Below, in pieces: positions 1 to 13,236 of a DNA stretch of 64,000 nucleotides. Numbering within the stretch: position 1 is the stretch's first letter; each line of letters opens with the position of its first letter. The position numbers were made by a program, and so were the translations under genes. Below the pieces are notes generated by a model. That model searched no databases. It was not told where the DNA came from and saw nothing but the letters and a program-made list of their open reading frames with translations. The DNA is taken from positions 58,156,001 to 58,220,000 of the forward strand of contig NC_043004.1 of assembly GCF_006345805.1 (NCBI RefSeq), read 5' to 3'. This DNA comes from Octopus sinensis. Lineage: Eukaryota.

Positions 1-172
1 AACTGTTTCTCGGCAATTACGATGGCATAATCTTTCGTGATTGACGACCGTGAATCTACTCTGCTGGTGACTTTCCCGTCCAACACTGGATGAGACTAAG
101 AACGACATGAAAACCAACAATTTAGTTGTCCTTCCATTAAGAAATTAGTGTCGTAGCAAGCTTTCCGAACTA

Positions 173-240
173 CTTAAATCCTTAAAAATCCTTTAAAATG
201 TTCTAGCCCGAAGGCCGCGGCCATGCTGGGGCACCACCGC
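173..240 (-). mobile_element. 3' terminal fragment of a LINE/SINE with the same tail motif as the CR1 LINE and SINE-A
   Basis: Minus strand reads GGTGGTGCCCCAGCATGGCCGCGGCC-TTCG-GGCTAGAAC followed by a short tandem tail (TTTAAAGGA/TTTAAGGA). It matches 46185-46223. Confidence 0.6.
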
Positions 241-295
241 TGACTTGTTGAGTAAAGCGCTCATCTTGAACGTTTGAAACAATTTTTTTTTTTTT

Positions 296-546
296 CTTTT
301 ACTTGTTTCAGTCATTTGATTGCGGCCATGCTGCAGCACCGCCTTTAGTCGAGCAAATCGACCCCGGGACTTATTCTTTTTGTAAGCCCAGTACTTATTC
401 TATCGGTCTCTTTTTGCCGAACCGCTAAGTGACGGGGACGTAAACACACCCCAGCATCGGTTGTCAAGCAATGCTAGGGGGACAAACACAGACATACAAA
501 CACACACACGCATATATATATATGTATACATATATACGACGGGCTT
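296..546 (-). mobile_element. SINE family A, 3' half
   Basis: Reverse complement of the SINE-A 3' part plus internal microsatellite; tRNA head missing. Confidence 0.9.
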
Positions 547-1200
547 GCTAACAAAAAAGAAGACAAAAAAGTAACAGGTAACGTCTCTGAACCAAATTGC
601 TTATAGCTTCTGGGGAAACTTCCTACTCTAAAAATTATGTTTATTTATTTACTTATTTTTGTGCAGATTCTGCCATAAATGAGTGCACGTTTTATCAAAG
701 GCATTCCAGCCATGACCTTACGGCTTTTTTTTTCCGAGTAGGGTATTATCTAATGTGTTTTTAATGTGGTGGGTTTGTAATTTGATTGGCTGCGAACAAG
801 TATATCACCCGTGTAGTTATCTCTTATTTATTTATACAAAATTAAAATGCTTTCTCTACGACTCCCCTCCCTCTGTCCCTCTCTCTCTCACTCTCTCTCC
901 CTCGCTCTCCCTCGCTCTCCCTCGCTCTCCCTCGCTCTCCCTCGCTCTTGTGTTTCACTTGCATATTCATAATTTAACACAATTTCAATTGATATGGCGA
1001 GTTAGTTGTGCAACATGTTGCTTGGGGTGTCCCGCTTCAAACAACTCACTCACCCTCCTTTGACGTAATTGTTCTCCAATGCACACAACAAACACGTGCA
1101 CATGCAAACAGCAGTATAGAACACTTTCACGCTTACACGGGCACAACCTCATAACCACACACACTCACACGCAAACAGGCGAGCTCGCGTACACGCACAT

Positions 1201-1247
<47 letters not shown>

Positions 1248-2865
1248 TACACGAATGAAAATACGCACACATGTAACAAAGAGGCAGGAAAAAATTACAC
1301 AACGCTTCCCACAAATTAGGATAAACACAAATGCATAATTTTATATCATACGTTCAGACTTACGCATGTGCAGATACATAGAGAAATAGACACGCACGCT
1401 CACTCATTCATACAGTTAGATGCACAGAGAGACAATGAAACATATTTATATATCTATACCTATATCTATCTGTTTATCTATCTATCTATCTATCTATTTC
1501 TGCTTATCTATCAATCTATCAATTTGTCAATCTGTACGTATGTATGTATGTGTGTGTGTATGTATGTATGTGTGTGTGTATGTATGTATGTGTATGTGTG
1601 TGCTTGTTTGTATTTCTGTAGGTGTGTATCTCAACGTATGCACGTGTTTTGTGTTTGTACATTTAAGTGGGTTTAGATGTGTGTGTGTCTGTGTGTGTGC
1701 ATTTATGTATGTGTGTGTGTATACATATACAGTGTGAAAGTGAAAGCAATAGAAGGAAAGAACGACAACCAAGTGAAAAGCACATAAAGTGCACATTGCA
1801 TCGGTGTGTCTGTGATGTGCATATCGATTTCCAACGGACTTAAACTCAATAGTAAATAGAGAAGAAATATAGTTAGTCATCTAGTGGTTTGAAATCTTGT
1901 GCATGAGAGATGAGAGAAGAAAGAAGGGAGAAATAATGAAAAGATAGAGAAAGAGAGAAAGAAAGAATGAATGGCGACAAGAATGAATGAAGAGAGACCA
2001 TAACAAAGAAGACGACAGGAAGACAGCATGGTCTGAAATAGAGAAATGAAAACTTGCATTGGGGTGTGCAAAGAGAGAGCAAGTGATTTAGCAGAAGGTA
2101 GAAGTTGATAAGGATAAAGTGGAACAGACGGATAGAGAGAATGCGAAGGGAACGAACAAGAAAAACGGTTTGAAAAATGAGAGAATGTATGTTTGGGTGT
2201 ATTGAAATCGAAGAGAGAGAGAGAGAAGGGGGGAGAGAGGGGGAGAAAGAGCGAAAGAAAGAGAATGAGAGAAGAGGAGTGGTGGGGACAATCCTCGACA
2301 GAAAGTAGTTAATCATCTGGTGGATAAAAGCTTGCACTTTGACTAACAAAAAGAAAGAAATGTATTGAAAAGGGGGAAAAAAGTAGGGAAAGGAGGAGAA
2401 AAATATGAAAAAAAAGAAGAGAAAATAGAAAAGAAAGATAAGGAGGTAAAAATTGGGCAAATGATGGATGAAGTATTATTGGTGATACTAGTTTATTTGT
2501 TTAAGATGATAAAAAAGATTAAAAAGGAAAAAGAGAAAATGTGATTCATATCATTAATTGCGGCTGTGTATAAAGCTATCTGTGCGTGTAGAGATTTTTC
2601 CGCGAGAGTTACATGTTTGTGTAGTTCTGGATGGATAGATGAGTATATGTTTGTAAACACGGAAAATCATTCGTAAATTATGTGTAAATTTTTCCGCGAA
2701 TGTATGAACCTTGCTACTACATGCTTGTATGCATTTATGCAAATATGTGCTTATGCATGCATCGGCTTGTTTATGCATATGTGTGTGTATGAGTGCACAT
2801 ACGCGTGTGAATATATATATATATATATATGTAAGGATAAGATCGTTATTTTAAATGAACAAGGA

Positions 2866-3026
2866 TATCTGAGAGATACCACCATGCTTGAAATAGCAGT
2901 CAAAACCTGACTCTAAAACCACAACAAGTAATCAATTCAGCACACCTTGTGCTGTATTGAATACTTGATGTGGTTTTAGAGTCATGTTTTGATTGCTATT
3001 TCAAGCTTGGTGGTATCTCTTAGATA
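2866..3026. repeat. Fold-back inverted repeat (MITE-like)
   Basis: Imperfect ~78-bp arms (GAGATACCACCATGCTTGAAATAGCAGTCAAAAC... / ...GTTTTGATTGCTATTTCAAGCTTGGTGGTATCTC) around a 3-nt spacer near 2945. Confidence 0.7.
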
Positions 3027-3058
3027 ACCCTGTTTATAATTATATATTATATATATAT

Positions 3059-3137
3059 CCGATCAACGCCTTGTGAGTGGACTTGGTAGATGGAAACTGA
3101 AAGAAGCCCGTCGTATATTATGTATATATATATATAA

Positions 3138-3179
<42 letters not shown>

Positions 3180-3427
3180 TATATAGATATGTATATATAT
3201 ATATATGGTGTGGGTTTGTGTGTCTGTGTTTGTCCCCCTAGCATTGCTTGACAACCGATACTGGTGTGTTTATGTCACGTCACTTAGCGGTTCGGCAAAA
3301 GAGACCGATAGAATAAGTACTGGGCTTACAAAGAATAAGTCCCGGGGTCGAGTTGCTCGACTAAAGGTGGTGCTCCAGCATGGCGCAGTCAAATGACTGA
3401 CTGAAACAAGTAAAAGAAAGAAGAAAA
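3059..3427 (+). mobile_element. SINE family A, 5'-truncated
   Basis: Starts mid-body (GCCTTGTGAGTGG), has an internal (TA)n and ends ...GACTGAAACAAGTAAAAGA. Confidence 0.9.
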
Positions 3428-3449
3428 TAATATATATATATATATATAC

Positions 3450-3495
<46 letters not shown>

Positions 3496-3889
3496 TATAT
3501 ATATATATATATTATATATTATATATATATACACACACACAAACACACACATGTATGTGTGTATGTATGGGTGTATAACATCAGTTTTCCTGCATTCTGC
3601 TTTAATACCCGTGTGCATGCGCGCTTGTGTGTGTGTATGCTGTAGAAGCATTTTTATGTGTCGTAAGTGTGAAACCGCTCCAAACTGGTGGAAAGATGTA
3701 ATATTGTGAGGCCATAATAAACGACAGCTGGCTGTTTCTCTGCGAGATACAGTCAATAGTCTTTCTTTATTCTTTCTTCTCTCTCTCTCCCTCTCAACTT
3801 CTCATCACCACCCACAACCACCTCGTTCTATCACCCATTTCTTTCTCTCTATCATCCTCTCTCTCAGTCTCTCGCTCGCTTCTTTCTCT

Positions 3890-3891
3890 TC

Positions 3892-3944
<53 letters not shown>

Positions 3945-3998
3945 ATTATATTATATATTATTTATATATATATTATGATATATCTTTATATATATATA

Positions 3999-4036
<38 letters not shown>

Positions 4037-4151
4037 TATATATATATATTATATATATATATATTATATATATATTTATATATATATATATATAATATAT
4101 ATATATACATATATATATATTATATTATATATATACATATATATATGTAAA

Positions 4152-4188
<37 letters not shown>
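3890..4188. repeat. (TA)n microsatellite
   Basis: Imperfect TA tract. Confidence 0.95.
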
Positions 4189-4191
<3 letters not shown>

Positions 4192-4629
4192 TCGTTCTCT
4201 TTTCCACACTCTCCTCCACCTACGCACACACAAAATATACTCGCATATTCAAACAAGTTGTGCCTTCAACAAGTACATACAATTTATTGATTATTGCAAA
4301 ATAAGTTAGAATGAACATTATTCTATGCAGAAAATATCAAAACGTAAAGAAAAACTTCATAAAAATACAAACACACACACACACACTTCATTAATACACC
4401 TCGCCCACACATGAATACATGCTCACATTCATCCCACACCTACGTCCATCAATTTTCATCCTTTCAATCTTAGTTTAAAAATTGTACAATGAAACATTTC
4501 AAGCCTAACCTTGAATCCAATCCTCAGACATTTATAGGTGAATTGCAAACATGTACATTACACACACACACATTCACCCACGTATCTGTGATCTGTAGCT
4601 TTAAAAACGTGTATATTCGTTTCATCCTC

Positions 4630-4671
4630 ATTATATAATATAATATACACGTATATAATATATATATAGAT

Positions 4672-4741
<70 letters not shown>

Positions 4742-4744
4742 CAC

Positions 4745-4782
<38 letters not shown>

Positions 4783-4789
4783 GTATGTA

Positions 4790-4836
<47 letters not shown>

Positions 4837-4989
4837 CACGTATATATATATATATATATATATACACGTAATATATATATAATACATCATATACACGTAT
4901 ATATATATATATAATAATATATATATATATATAATACACGTATGTATATATATATATATATTATATATACACGTATATATTATATGTTA

Positions 4990-5021
<32 letters not shown>

Positions 5022-5155
5022 GTATATCTATATATACACGTACACACATATATATATATATATATACATAATATACACTATATACATATATATGTACATA
5101 TATATACGTATATATATATATATATATATTTGTTTATTTATTTATTTATTTACTT

Positions 5156-5190
<35 letters not shown>
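4630..5190. repeat. (TA)n microsatellite periodically interrupted by CACG
   Basis: Recurrent ACACGTA units separated by TA runs. Confidence 0.9.
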
Positions 5191-5193
<3 letters not shown>

Positions 5194-6388
5194 TCATGCG
5201 TACCGTTCTTTATCTCTTTATGCAACTGTTGATCATAATTGTTGCTATTTTAACCCACGCTGAGAGATTTACACGTGCCCAACCACACACACAGACACAC
5301 ACACACACACACAAGCGCGCGCGCGCGCCCACACATGCACACAAACAGGCACACACACACACACACCGTTTCTATTCTTCTTGTCACCTTTGTGCTCAAC
5401 CCTTTCGCCTGAGACTGTTTACCAAAGATGGACAACATTACTCTTGTGTTTGGTAGATTCCGAACAACTAAAAACTACACGTGACCCAATTCATATTGCT
5501 AAGTTTGGGGACAGCAACATTTTACAGCCAATCGGAACAAAGAGAGAAGGAAAGAGAGAGAGTAAGTGAGAGAGAAGGAAAGAGAGAAAGAGAGAGCAGA
5601 GGAGAGGGTGGTAGAGAACTGGGTAGGCGTGTGAAAGACAGACAGTAAGAGAAAGCGATAGAATGACGAAAAATAGAAAGATGACTAGATGAAAAGAAAC
5701 ACAGTATGGGAAACGTATATAAAAGAATACTGAGAAGGGGGGGTGTAGAATATATATATATCTATATATATATATATATATAATTATATATTATATATAT
5801 ATATATAATATATATATACCTACGCACACATACACACACACCCACATATATATATATACAATGCATACTATATATGGGTATATATATATATATATATTAT
5901 ATATATATATATAATAATATATATATATATATTATATATTACATATGGGTATATATATTATATATATACATTATATATTATATATATATACATATAGGTA
6001 TATTATATATATGATCTTTTATACGTGAGAGGAAGTGAGTGCACATGACCCTGGACAACAACTCCGAGACAGGTGCTACAGAGAGGAAGATATCCAAGGT
6101 TGCCTGAGAAGGATTACGTGCTCCTGGGATGGGGCAATGTATAACAGCCCAGCAGGAATAACCACAGCAAACAAAGATTAACACTGGAGTCTCTTATATT
6201 CGTAACACCCGGGAAATTACCCAGCGTGCTTGTTCCTTGTGACTGCACGGAAGATGTCTATGGACTGCAGATCTGGACAAAATGGCTATTGGAGACAAAT
6301 TATATCTCTTCTCATAAATGCGTCTGTTTATATATGTGTATATAATCGCAAAGGTCGTTAAAGCTGTAAATGACACGCATATATGACA

Positions 6389-6803
6389 CGCAGGAGTGGC
6401 TGTGTGGTAAGTAGCTTGCTAACCAACCACATGTTCCGGATTCAGTCCCCACTGCGTGGCATCTTGGGCAAGTGTCTTCTGCTATAGCCCCGGCCGACCA
6501 ATGCCTTGTGAGTGGATTTGGTAGACGGAAACTGAAAGAAGCCCGTCGTATATATGTAATATATTGTGTGCGTGCGTGTATGGTTGTGTGTCGTGTTTGT
6601 CCCCCAGCATTGCTGACTTGACAACCGATGCTGGTGTGTTTACGTCCCCGTCACTTAGCGGTTCGGCAAAAAGAGACCGATAGAATAAGTACTGGGCTTA
6701 CAAAGAATAAGTCCCGGGTTGATTTGCTCGACTAAAGGCGGTGCTCCAGCATGGCCGCAGTCAAATGACTGAAACAAGTAAAAGAGTAAAAGAGTAAAAG
6801 AGT
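6389..6803 (+). mobile_element. SINE family A, full length (tRNA-derived head, CORE-like body, internal microsatellite, LINE-like tail)
   Basis: A-box-like TGGCTGTGTGG, B-box-like GGATTCAGTCC, CTTGGGCAAGTGTCTT body and a (GTAAAAGA)n tail. About 18 copies occur in the window. Confidence 0.92.
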
Positions 6804-7338
6804 ATATGAAAGAAAAAGAGAGAGAACTGAGACAAAACCCAGTAAAAGAGAAGATTGGAGCCCATGCAGAAATATGAAAGCAAAAAAGGTGACAAGGCAA
6901 ATAATCAAATGGACAGAACGGAATAAATGGAAATAAGTGAAAGTAAGAAGAAATGTACGATCAAAGAGAATTATAAAAAATATTTTGTGCAAAAGAGTTG
7001 CAGAGTGGAAAACAAATTGACAGACAAACAGCGAAAGCTGTAAGGTTCTCTCCTTAGTCCCGATATTTTTATGCATTAAATGAAAACTATGAGACATCGT
7101 CCTGTAATATTCAGAAATAACTCTGTAAAACAAACATAAAATTTATTGGTTTGCATGTCTCTAAGACCCTTTTCTGTTTCGATAGCTATATCGCAATCTA
7201 GCTGGTTTTCAGATTATGATGAAATTATAAATTAACAAGCAAAAGGACCCGGTTTCACTCTGGTTATAGGCTCATAGCCTTAATACAGTACTCTTTGTTT
7301 GTAGTGTAATTTGACACCTTCCTTCTAAGCATGGTTAG

Positions 7339-7520
7339 GTAAATATTTCATAAAGGACGCTCGTACCTCGGTGTGAAATAATTTTTTCCACGTTGATTTT
7401 CGGGAAAAAAGTGGCTTGCGGCGGGTTTGAAGGTCAGATACGTTGAATGCACTCGAAAAAGTCCGTGGAAAAAAATTATTTCACACCGAGGTTCGAACGG
7501 GTCCTTTACGAAATATTTAC
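7339..7520. mobile_element. MITE-like element with long terminal inverted repeats
   Basis: ~55-bp arms GTAAATATTTCATAAAGGAC...CCTCGGTGTGAAATAATTTTTTCCACG (7339-7392) and their complement (7464-7520) around a ~70-bp spacer. Confidence 0.55.
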
Positions 7521-8890
7521 TGATACACAAATATACCGGTACAGAAGATTGTAAACAATGAAAGTAGCTGTAAAAATTTGTTGGTACTAGAAATCGTTAC
7601 ATGTTTATTTACTGATACACAAATACACCGGTACAGCGTTTTTGTTTTACCTTTCAACTTTTCATTCATGTGTTGGTGTACACAAATGCACTGGTACAGA
7701 AGACTGTAAACAATGAAAGTAACTGTTATAATGTTTTGGGTTCCAGACATCGTTACAACGGTAAACGCTAGACAGAATGGTTAATAGAATGAAGAGAGAA
7801 CGATAGAGATGTGACGTCGTCGTCGTCGTATAAAATATCCTTTACTATCTCGTATGTAACGAACGCGCAAACGCACTCACACTCTCATACACATACGCAC
7901 TCATATACAAAATGTGACGTCGTCGTCGTCGCATAAAATGTTCGTTACTATAGTTGACTATAGAAAGATTATTTTCGAGAAAATGTTATATTGTTTCAAT
8001 TCAAATGAAAATAAAAATTACATGTTGACACTCGTGGGGTGTAATACTTACCTTGTAAAATTTGATTTGACTTGATTTGATGGAGCCGTTTGAAAATGCA
8101 TGGGAAACAGACAGACAGATAAACAAAGAATTTTATACAGAAAGAGATTTTCGCTTTAGTTGAAGTAGGAAAAAAATTGTGACAAAATGATTGTTGCAAA
8201 CAATCTTTTAAGTCATGAACAGATGGACAATGGTCACGATACGATTACAACAATGGACGCCTACATAGCATAGAATTTAGGATTATAAGAGAGAAAGGAT
8301 GAGACATAATTTTCCTGTCTTCATTAAGAATACCAATAAAGCAAAGCTAGATAGACATAAAAGTCGGATTGCAAAGGCAATTCAATGAGAGTTCTATATT
8401 ATCCAGCAACATCAGATGATAATTATTTATTTTCTCAGTACAAGCACGAAATGATGCAGAGGGGATTCACACAACATCGTAACATTTCTAATAATTATTC
8501 CATAGATCATGCCATGTCAATTTAATTATGTTACGAACTCAGGGAGATGACATATCAATAAAGCATGTAATCATGTTTCCCCGTACACCAAACTACAATG
8601 CATAAATATGATGATTATTATCTTTGGCACAAAACCACACATTTTGTGTAAAGAACAGCACATCATAAAAGCAGAAGTCAGCTCCATTTAGAGGTACATA
8701 TCTTGCTACTGTAAAATATTTTGTGTAGAGATCACCACTTTTAACAATACATTGAGCGAAAGTTAAAATTCTTTTTAAAACAATAAAGCTCTACTTCTTA
8801 TCAGTGTAGAATTTTAAAAGCTGTTCGAGATAAAATATTTTCCGAATTTGCAAAAACGGATCTATCTATCTATCTATCTATATATATATA

Positions 8891-8926
<36 letters not shown>

Positions 8927-8998
8927 ATATATATATATATATTCTATATATATCTATATATATAATATATATATATATATATAGATATATATATATAC

Positions 8999-9212
8999 GG
9001 AGTGAACACATAAATGTGAAACAGGTGGAAAAAAAGAGTACTCAAATACCAGTGGTAGAGTAATATGCTTTATTTAAAGCAGCAGAAAATTCTACAAAAC
9101 CTGTACTCTGAGTTTCACGTTGCCGCTCACCTAGCAAAACTGTCCGATGAACGGCAACGTGAAACTCAGAGTACAGGTTTTTGTAGAATTTTCTGCTGCT
9201 TTTAAATAAAGT
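8999..9212. mobile_element. Penelope-like fold-back mini-element, family P1
   Basis: Unique ~70-bp segment plus inverted arms 9068-9125 / 9152-9211, ending AAATAAAGTA+(TA)n. Same family as 52661-52795 and 38648-38730. The PLE assignment is inferred from architecture and the hammerhead motif. Confidence 0.65.
9136..9182 (+). ncRNA. Degenerate minimal hammerhead ribozyme (U4>C)
   Basis: AAAACTGT-CCGATGA-ACG(GCAA)CGT-GAAA-CTC(A)GAG-TA-CAGGTTTT. Confidence 0.5.
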
Positions 9213-9234
9213 ATATATATATATTATATATAAT

Positions 9235-9278
<44 letters not shown>

Positions 9279-9544
9279 ATATATACATAGTATATTATAT
9301 ATATATATATATATACATAGTATATATATATATAATATATATAATATATATATATATAATATATATATATAATATATATATATATATAATATTAATTGAA
9401 GTAGATAAATGAATTATCTTATTACGGATTATTCAAATGATAAACCGATCCTGGGTAGCAAAAATCACAACAGAAGAATCACGGTAGAGGTTACGACCAT
9501 GGGGTCTCAAACCCGTGCCTTAGTGCGGAAATTTGAAGTTTTAT

Positions 9545-10078
9545 ATATTTAGTGTAGGAAGAAATGGAGCTGAACGAAGATTTTACAAAATTCCTTTTTA
9601 TTATTTTCTACATATGTTTCAAAGGCTGCAAAGTCCTAATTATTCGATTGAATAAGGAGTCCATTTTGCAGCCTTCTCTTCAGGAAAATCCAGGAACTTA
9701 ATTCTCCAACAAATGCACAGCAAGCTTTTCGACAAACGCTCACAAGGAGCCCATGGGATAAATGGCACAAAACTGTCTATCAATATGCGCTGACGCCAGG
9801 CTGGGTGAAATCCAACGAAAAAGTCCGTTGAGATAAATCAAGGTCAAAATCCGGTTACAGGAAAATCAAAGAGTGTGAATGTATTTTGTATGACTGGTGT
9901 TAATATTCGAATTGTTTTAAGAATGAGTGCTATAGTGTTTGGGTGTGAGAAATTGCCTACATGTATGTGTGTGTGCGTCTATGTATGTGTTGCGGTGTGT
10001 TTAGAAGGCTGCAAGGAATAAAAAGGAATTTTGTTAAATCTTCGTTCAGCTCCATTTCTTCTACACTAAATATATATA
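9545..10078 (-). mobile_element. Penelope-like terminal remnant with inverted ~58-bp ends, family P2
   Basis: 9545-9602 is the reverse complement of ~10018-10078; it contains the hammerhead at 9603-9689 and abuts (TA)n. Confidence 0.55.
9603..9689 (-). ncRNA. Type I hammerhead ribozyme with complete catalytic core
   Basis: Minus strand: ATTTTC-CTGAAGA-GAAGGCTGCAAA...TTTGCAGCCTTT-GAAA-CATATG-TA-GAAAAT. Stem I is 6 bp, stem II is 11 bp plus G.U, stem III is the palindrome ACATATGT, and the cleavage triplet is GUA (cut after 9609). Confidence 0.75.
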
Positions 10079-10132
10079 TATATCTATATACATATGTATA
10101 TATATATTACATATATAGTATTATATATATAT

Positions 10133-10168
<36 letters not shown>

Positions 10169-10436
10169 GTACATATGTATCTATATATACATATGTATAT
10201 ATATATATATATACATATGTTATATAGATATATATATATATACATATGTATCTATATATATATACATATATATATATATACATATTTATATATATATATA
10301 TAATATATATATACATATATGTATATATATACATATGTATATATATATATATTATATATATATATTATATACATATGTAATATATATATTACATATATGT
10401 ATATATATACATATGTATATATATATATATATATAA

Positions 10437-10478
<42 letters not shown>

Positions 10479-10488
10479 GATACATATG

Positions 10489-10522
<34 letters not shown>

Positions 10523-10592
10523 ATATATTATATGTATATATATATATATGTATATATATACATATGTATATACATATGTATATACATATATG
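10070..10592. repeat. (TA)n-rich microsatellite
   Basis: Imperfect TA tract with TACATATG interruptions. Confidence 0.95.
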
Positions 10593-10931
10593 TGTGTCTG
10601 TGTGTGTGTGGGTGTATGTGTGTGTGTATACATGGTGTGTAAAGTGTTTACGAGTGGGTGGAGAAACGAAAGAAAAGGGTATTCAACACATTTAGCGGGA
10701 GTTATATGTAATATTTAAAACAATTGAATTTGGCTTCAGAGATAGACAGGCTTCTGTTAGAGGCCTACGGAACTTTAAGCCGTATGGGGCAGGATCAAAC
10801 TGTTTTAAATATTATATATGTGTATGTATGTGTGTGTGTGTGTGTATGTGTATGTGTGTGTATCTGTGTGTGTGTGTATTAATCTCAACATTCTTAATGT
10901 AACTTAAAATTAATAGTTTATTAACCATAGT

Positions 10932-11327
10932 AGGAGTGGCTGTGTGGTAAGTAGCTTCTTGCGAACCACATGGTTCCGAGTTCAGTCACATTGCGTGGCA
11001 CCTTGGGCAAGTGTCTACTACTGTAGCCTCGGGCCGACCAAAGCCTTGTGAGTGGATTTGATAGACGGAAACTGAAAGAAGCCTGTCGTATATATGTATA
11101 TATGTGTATGTATGTGTGTATATGTTTGTGTGTTTGTATGTTTGTCCCCACCAACATCGCTTGACAACCGTAACTTAGCGGTTCGGCAAAATAGACAAAA
11201 GAGGCAAAATGAATAAGTACTAGCCTTACAAAGAATAAGTCTTGAGGTCGATTTGCTCGATTAAAGGCGGTGCTCCAGCATGGCCAGAGTCAAATGACCG
11301 AAACAAGTAAAAGAGTAAAAAAGAGTA
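10932..11327 (+). mobile_element. SINE family A (older copy, internal deletion)
   Basis: Head, body and tail match family A. Confidence 0.9.
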
Positions 11328-11342
11328 TAGTCACAAACATAG

Positions 11343-11758
11343 CGCAGGAGTGGCTGTGTGGTAAGTAGCTTGCCTACCAACCACATGGTTCCGGGTTCAG
11401 TCCCACTGCGTGGCATCTTGGGCAAGTGTCTTCTGCTATAGCCTCGGGCCGACCAAAGCCTTGTGAGTGGATTTTGTAGACGGAAACTGAAAGAAGCCTG
11501 TCGTATATATGTATATATATATATATCTGTATGTATGTGTATATGTGTGTGTGTCTGTGTTTGTCCCTCTAGCTTTGCTTGACAACCGATGCTGGTGTGT
11601 TTACGTCCCATCACTTAGCGGTTCGGCAAAAGAGACCGATAGAATAAGTACTGGGCTTACAAAAAATAAGTCCTGGGGTCGATTTACTCGACTAAAGGCG
11701 GTGCTCCAGCATGGCCAGAGTCAAATGACCGAAACAAGTAAAAGAGTAAAAAAGAGTA
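11343..11758 (+). mobile_element. SINE family A, full length, tandem with the preceding copy
   Basis: Family A match; 11262-11343 is duplicated at 11693-11774. Confidence 0.92.
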
Positions 11759-12079
11759 TAGTCACAAACATAGCAACCCAAAGTATAACATCTTTCTACA
11801 CGGTTCGAATGAAAATATTTGTTTCTTTATTTTGATGTCCCCAATCTGTGCCATCATCTTTGTGGCCATTTGTGGGCATCATTAATTTTCTTTTACTTCT
11901 ATATTCAGTCCTAGTAGCATTTCTCTTCCAATTTGAATAACATGATGGTGCGTGCGTGTGTGTGTGTGTATGTATTTGTGTGTGTGTGCAGCAACTGTAT
12001 TGATGGAAGAAAGTGGTTAATGCATGAGATGATTAATGTCTGATTCAAATGATGGATACGATGGAGAAGTTAACGTAAT

Positions 12080-12481
12080 CTTTTACCCTTTACTTATATC
12101 AGTCATTGGACTGCGGCCATGCTGGAGCACTGCTTTTAGTCGAGCAAATCGACCCCGGGACTTATTCTTTGTAAGCCCAGTACATTCTATCGGTCTTTTT
12201 TGCCGAACCGCTAAGTGACGAGGACGTAAAAACACACCAGCATCGGTTGTCAAGCAATGCTAGGGGGACAACAAAACACACACCACACACAAAACACACA
12301 CACACATATATATATACATATATACGACAGGCTTCTTTCAGTTTCCGTCTACCAAATCCACTCACAAGGCTTTGGTCGGCCCGGGGCTATAGCAGAAGAC
12401 ACTTGCCCAAGGTGCCACGCAGTGGGACTGAACCGGAAACCATGTGGTTGGTTAGCAAGCTACTTACCACACAGCCACTCC
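12080..12481 (-). mobile_element. SINE family A
   Basis: Reverse-complement match from head to tail. Confidence 0.92.
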
Positions 12482-13236
12482 ATTTACTTGTTTATTTGTG
12501 CCTGAGAAAAAGTGAATATTAATGTTGACAATGTTTATGGTAACATGGTAGTGACGATTATAATAATGATAAATCAATGATAATGTTGACTTTTGTTGCT
12601 AATGGTTGCACTTATGGTAACAAACACACACACACAATGTGTATGTGTGTGTATGTATGCAAGCATATATGAATGCAAGCATGTATGTATGTATGATTGT
12701 ATGTATGTATGTATGTATGCATGCATGCATGCATGCATGCATGTATGTATGTAAAGCATCCATAATAATAACAGTAGTCCATGCTAGCATAAAGCATCTT
12801 CCCTTTGTTAGCTATCTACTCAAATGATTGATGGGTCGATCAGAGCTTTGATCAATGTTTGCGATATCCATCAATGTAAATTGAGTTCAGAGTGTTGTAA
12901 AAAGCATCCATCCAGCTGTGTTTGGATTTTGGGTGAGAAGTCTATAGTGCCCATATCAGATGGAATCAACCAACCAAAATCTGTTTCATAACGTGTTCAA
13001 CCGAATCTAGGTCGGTCAAATTTAACAGAAATGTTTTCGATAACATTAATACTACCATATTGATTCACGAACAAACACATGCACTTACTCATATACATAC
13101 GAACGAACAAACAAGCAAACACACACGATGAATTTATATGCCCATATAACATATGTAAAACATGTCCCTGAATGTCTATACATATTTCAAGCGCCATTAC
13201 GTTAAAAAAAAACACGTATTCGGACATATATGAAAA

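Noticed and set aside
6389-6460. SINE heads as tRNA genes
   Set aside because: A/B boxes are present but the cloverleaf is incomplete, and each head continues into a SINE body and tail.
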